Assembly: GCA_965153285.1 (NCBI GenBank)
Contig: OZ229112.1
Length of the DNA stretch: 64,000 nt
Origin: Podarcis tiliguerta
Lineage: Eukaryota
Strand: one strand, 5' to 3'
The position numbers and the translations under genes were made by a program. Under the pieces are notes generated by a model. The model saw only the letters and a program-made list of their open reading frames with translations. It searched no databases and was not told where the DNA came from. Shown piece after piece: positions 60,691 through 64,000 of this stretch (positions are counted from its first letter, which is position 1; each line of letters starts with the position of its first letter).

Positions 60691-63029
60691 ATGTGTGGAT
60701 AGGAATGAAATCACCAGAGGGGTGCATGGTTGGGTCATGTGTGTTTGGATCCATCCCTCAAGTTCTTTTCTCCAAAGCTGGGCTCCTATAGCAAAAGGTA
60801 AACCCTGCTGGAAGAAAAGTAGCGGGGAGGGTGGTGGTCATGTATGCAACAAGAAATACGGTACATGAAGGTCTGCCTCAGAGAAACATGCCCATTCTCC
60901 TTCAAGGCACTAGCTTCACTGGAGAAAAATTAGTGGGGCAAATGGCTTCAGGACAAGAAGAGAGGAAGAAAAGTAAAATGGCAGCCCAATCCAAAGCATG
61001 TCCCCCTCAAAATAAGCCCCACTGAATCTAATATTTATTTCTTGACATCCCACCTCTCTCCCAGTGCAAGGCCCAAGGTGGCTCACCACATCAGCTAAAG
61101 CAGATACAGCTCAAAGCATACATATTAAAAATTATACTTAAATAAGCAACCCTACTGAAAAGAGCACTGAAAACCATTTGAAAGCACCTAAACAAAAAGG
61201 AGCAGCACCCACTCTTAGAAGGCCTAGCTTCAAACCAGGCAGGTGCATATTGAATTTGAATTATCAGAGGCCACATCATCCTCGCCATCTGTACACAGAT
61301 CAGGGACTGCACCTGATGCCACAGAGGTAAGTTGCTGGTCCAATACTTAATTCAGACAAGAATTTTCAGTCTTCAAGCTTGAGTTCCTCTAAGTGGAAGC
61401 TGAAGGTACTAAATAGCATCATTTCACAGATGGAAGGCCTTTATCCATTACCATATGTCAGAGATTTCTAGAGCTTCCTCTAACAACCAAGCAGGCGAGG
61501 ATCCTTAGCCTTCTCCATATCTATATGAACACACACCCCTGATTCTACTGCAAAAGGAAGGGGGGGGGAGCAGCTTTCACATTCATGCGCTGTTCTTGCT
61601 CATTTACAATCTGTCCAAATCTTGCTGATTATGAGAGGTTTTTAAATAGTTGCTTGTGGTATCTAATCTTAGACTCTAAATCAGCTGGCCTCTGCTTAAC
61701 ACTTGCTCCTTACTGCTGAATGTGAAATGATTGGGCAAATTCCTTGGAAATATGTCGTCTATCCCTAGGGCTGAGATTTTATTTTGTTTTTTTAGACAAT
61801 GAACCGCTGTAGCGCATGAGAAAATAGCAAAATATTTATAACTGAAATATGAAGCTGAAGTGCCCCCCTGGGGCATCTGTGTGTATGAAATACCCTTTGC
61901 AAGAAAAAACTGTTAAACTGACCACTAGCTTTTGTCTTTGGCATAATTCTGTCTGTTGCTAATGGGTCAGCCTCACAAAGCTTTTTTTCCTCCTCCTCCT
62001 CCATCTGCTTCCCTGTTTATGATTTTCTCTCTTGATAAAGTGCATCATTTGAAGGGAGCCCTCTCCTGATACTTGGGTTGCAGAAGCAGCCCAGAATATC
62101 TCATGTATCGGCTAAATACATTGTCCTCATTATTGTTGTTGTTATCATGCAAGCCTTGATGCAAATTATTCTTGAAATTTAATGGCCTGCCTTCATATTA
62201 TTGATGAGACAAACTGATACCTTTTAGTGTAGGAGGAAATAGGAACTTAGGCTGGGAAACAAAAGGAAGTACTCCATCTGCCTAAAGCCATAATGGCTGA
62301 GCATCCAGCAAAACAGTCTCCGTATAAAACCACATATTGCTAAAATTCCCCAAACAGCTGTTCAGAACCAGACAAACAATATAAAGGTTGCACAGCATCT
62401 TTACACGTTATAATGTGCCACCAAAATGTTGTAGCAACAGTGGTAATAGGAATATAAAATCTCCGCTTAAAAAACAGCATAATCTCATAACTGGATCTGG
62501 CTAAACCACAAATGTTCGTACCCACTAGGGCATGCAAACACAACAAGACACAATAACCTTCCCAGGCAATGATCCCTGTATTAATTTCTAACCTGGTAGG
62601 TTTCCAAGCTCCTCGCCCAGAAATAGTGCTTATAACTTTTAAGGCTGCAAGCTTATGCACACTTACAGGTATTTAGTATTTGTTTATTAGATTTCTTACC
62701 CGTCCTTCATCATAAAGCAGGTTACAAGAGCAAAGGTAATACAACTTTAAAGCAAAATTAAGCCAACCATTAATATGGAGTGTGGGGAAACAGGAGACAG
62801 ACATCACATTTGTTTGCAATTTCAAGTAGGTCACAAAAACATGACCACTGTCAAAGGCCAGGTAAGTGGGCAGAGGACCGCACCCTTAGTTATTTCACCA
62901 TTTCCTATACTAACTGGATGAGCTGATACTAAAAAGAATTGACTTACAAAATTTACATTTATCAAGCAATGATTTCAGCTTGCCCATCAACAGCTGCAAC
63001 TTTTACATCCATTTATTTCTATGCCTGAG

Positions 63030-63212
63030 CTAGGACTCAAGAGTTGTAGGTTCAAATCCCCCCACAGCCACCAACTCATAGGCCAGTCATGATCTTTCAG
63101 CCTAACCCACCTCACAGGGTTTGTGTGAGGATAAAATAGAGGGGGCTGGGCATGTACGTTACCTTGCGCTCCTTGAAGAAAAGTAGAGGTGCAAGAGGAG
63201 TAAATAAAAGAA
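63030..63212 (+). mobile_element. CORE/MIR-like SINE
   Basis: B box GGTTCAAATCCC, then TCAGCCTAACCCACCTCACAGGGTTTGTGTGAGGATAAAAT and an A-rich tail. Confidence 0.7.
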
Positions 63213-64000
63213 TAAGTCACTTGAAAATGCCTGTCAAGAAATTAGTCACTATTTGGCAATCCTTCTTATTGTACTGTACTTCCTTATCTTCCTGTCAAAA
63301 GGAAACATGCTTACTCACTGCTCTGTTTGCTTCATAGTCTTCATAGCTTTCCTATGCTGGATCCCCTTCAGGGGAAAAAAACATGATCCAATGTGGAAAT
63401 GTCTGAGCTTCAGGTCCCATACACTTTCTTTGCCACATCCAAATTTATTATTATTATTATTATTATTTAATTGCCCCCCTCCCAGCATGGCAGTGTTTAA
63501 AATCAAACACATGAAGAATTCCAGAGCAAATTTGTTACTGATAGTGTGTGTGGGACTGATATTGTGCGGGGGCCCCTCTGAACATTGAGGAGGCCTGGCC
63601 CTTTCAAAAAAAAAAATGGGAGGGATAGTACCTTGGCCCGCAGGAACCAGTGCCCTTGCTGGCCATCAGCAAAGCACAGATATCATTTTTTAACTATTAT
63701 TTTCCTCACATTTATGTCTTGCCTTTTTTCCATAAAATTCAAGGCCGTGTATATATAAAAAGTTCCAAGCAGTCTCTCACCTAGGCAAGCCAATCAGATG
63801 GGTGGGGTATTATTATTATTATTATTAGACCCAAACATGCTTAGCTTCAGCAATGACAATAAAGCATCGAAGCTCCTTCAAATCATGACAAATATTTATT
63901 TATTTAATCCATCCTTCAAGCACAAGAATCAAAGGATTTCCCATAGAGCAAGGGTGGGGGACCTGAGGCCTGGGACCCAAATGTGGCCCGCCATGCCTGT

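Overview
Vertebrate genomic DNA, inferred from its repeat content (CR1 LINEs, tRNA-headed SINEs with CR1 tails, Squam3-like SINEs, hAT and pogo/Tigger MITEs) to be a squamate, probably a lacertid lizard. It holds one protein-coding gene, CNR1 (cannabinoid receptor CB1), on the + strand. The inferred structure is a CpG-island promoter and non-coding first exon (about 26.6-28.9 kb; donor AAG|GTAAGG at 28571/28572), a 20.4-kb intron, and a terminal exon starting at 49018. That exon carries the whole 473-aa CDS (49077-50498) and a long 3' UTR that probably ends near 57.3 kb. The rest is non-coding, with many transposon relics and two N-gaps flanking an LTR-like promoter cassette. The most unusual items are: (1) a ~1.1-kb antisense intronic insert encoding a nearly intact protein of unknown family (LINE ORF1-like, no RT), with a hAT MITE at its 5' end; (2) a start-stop uORF (GCC-ATG-TGA) 12 nt before the exon-1 donor; (3) CB1 substitutions at otherwise conserved sites; (4) a dense miRNA/Pumilio site block in the 3' UTR. 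I cannot show a new biological system from sequence alone. Repeat family names and human comparisons come from recall and need database confirmation.
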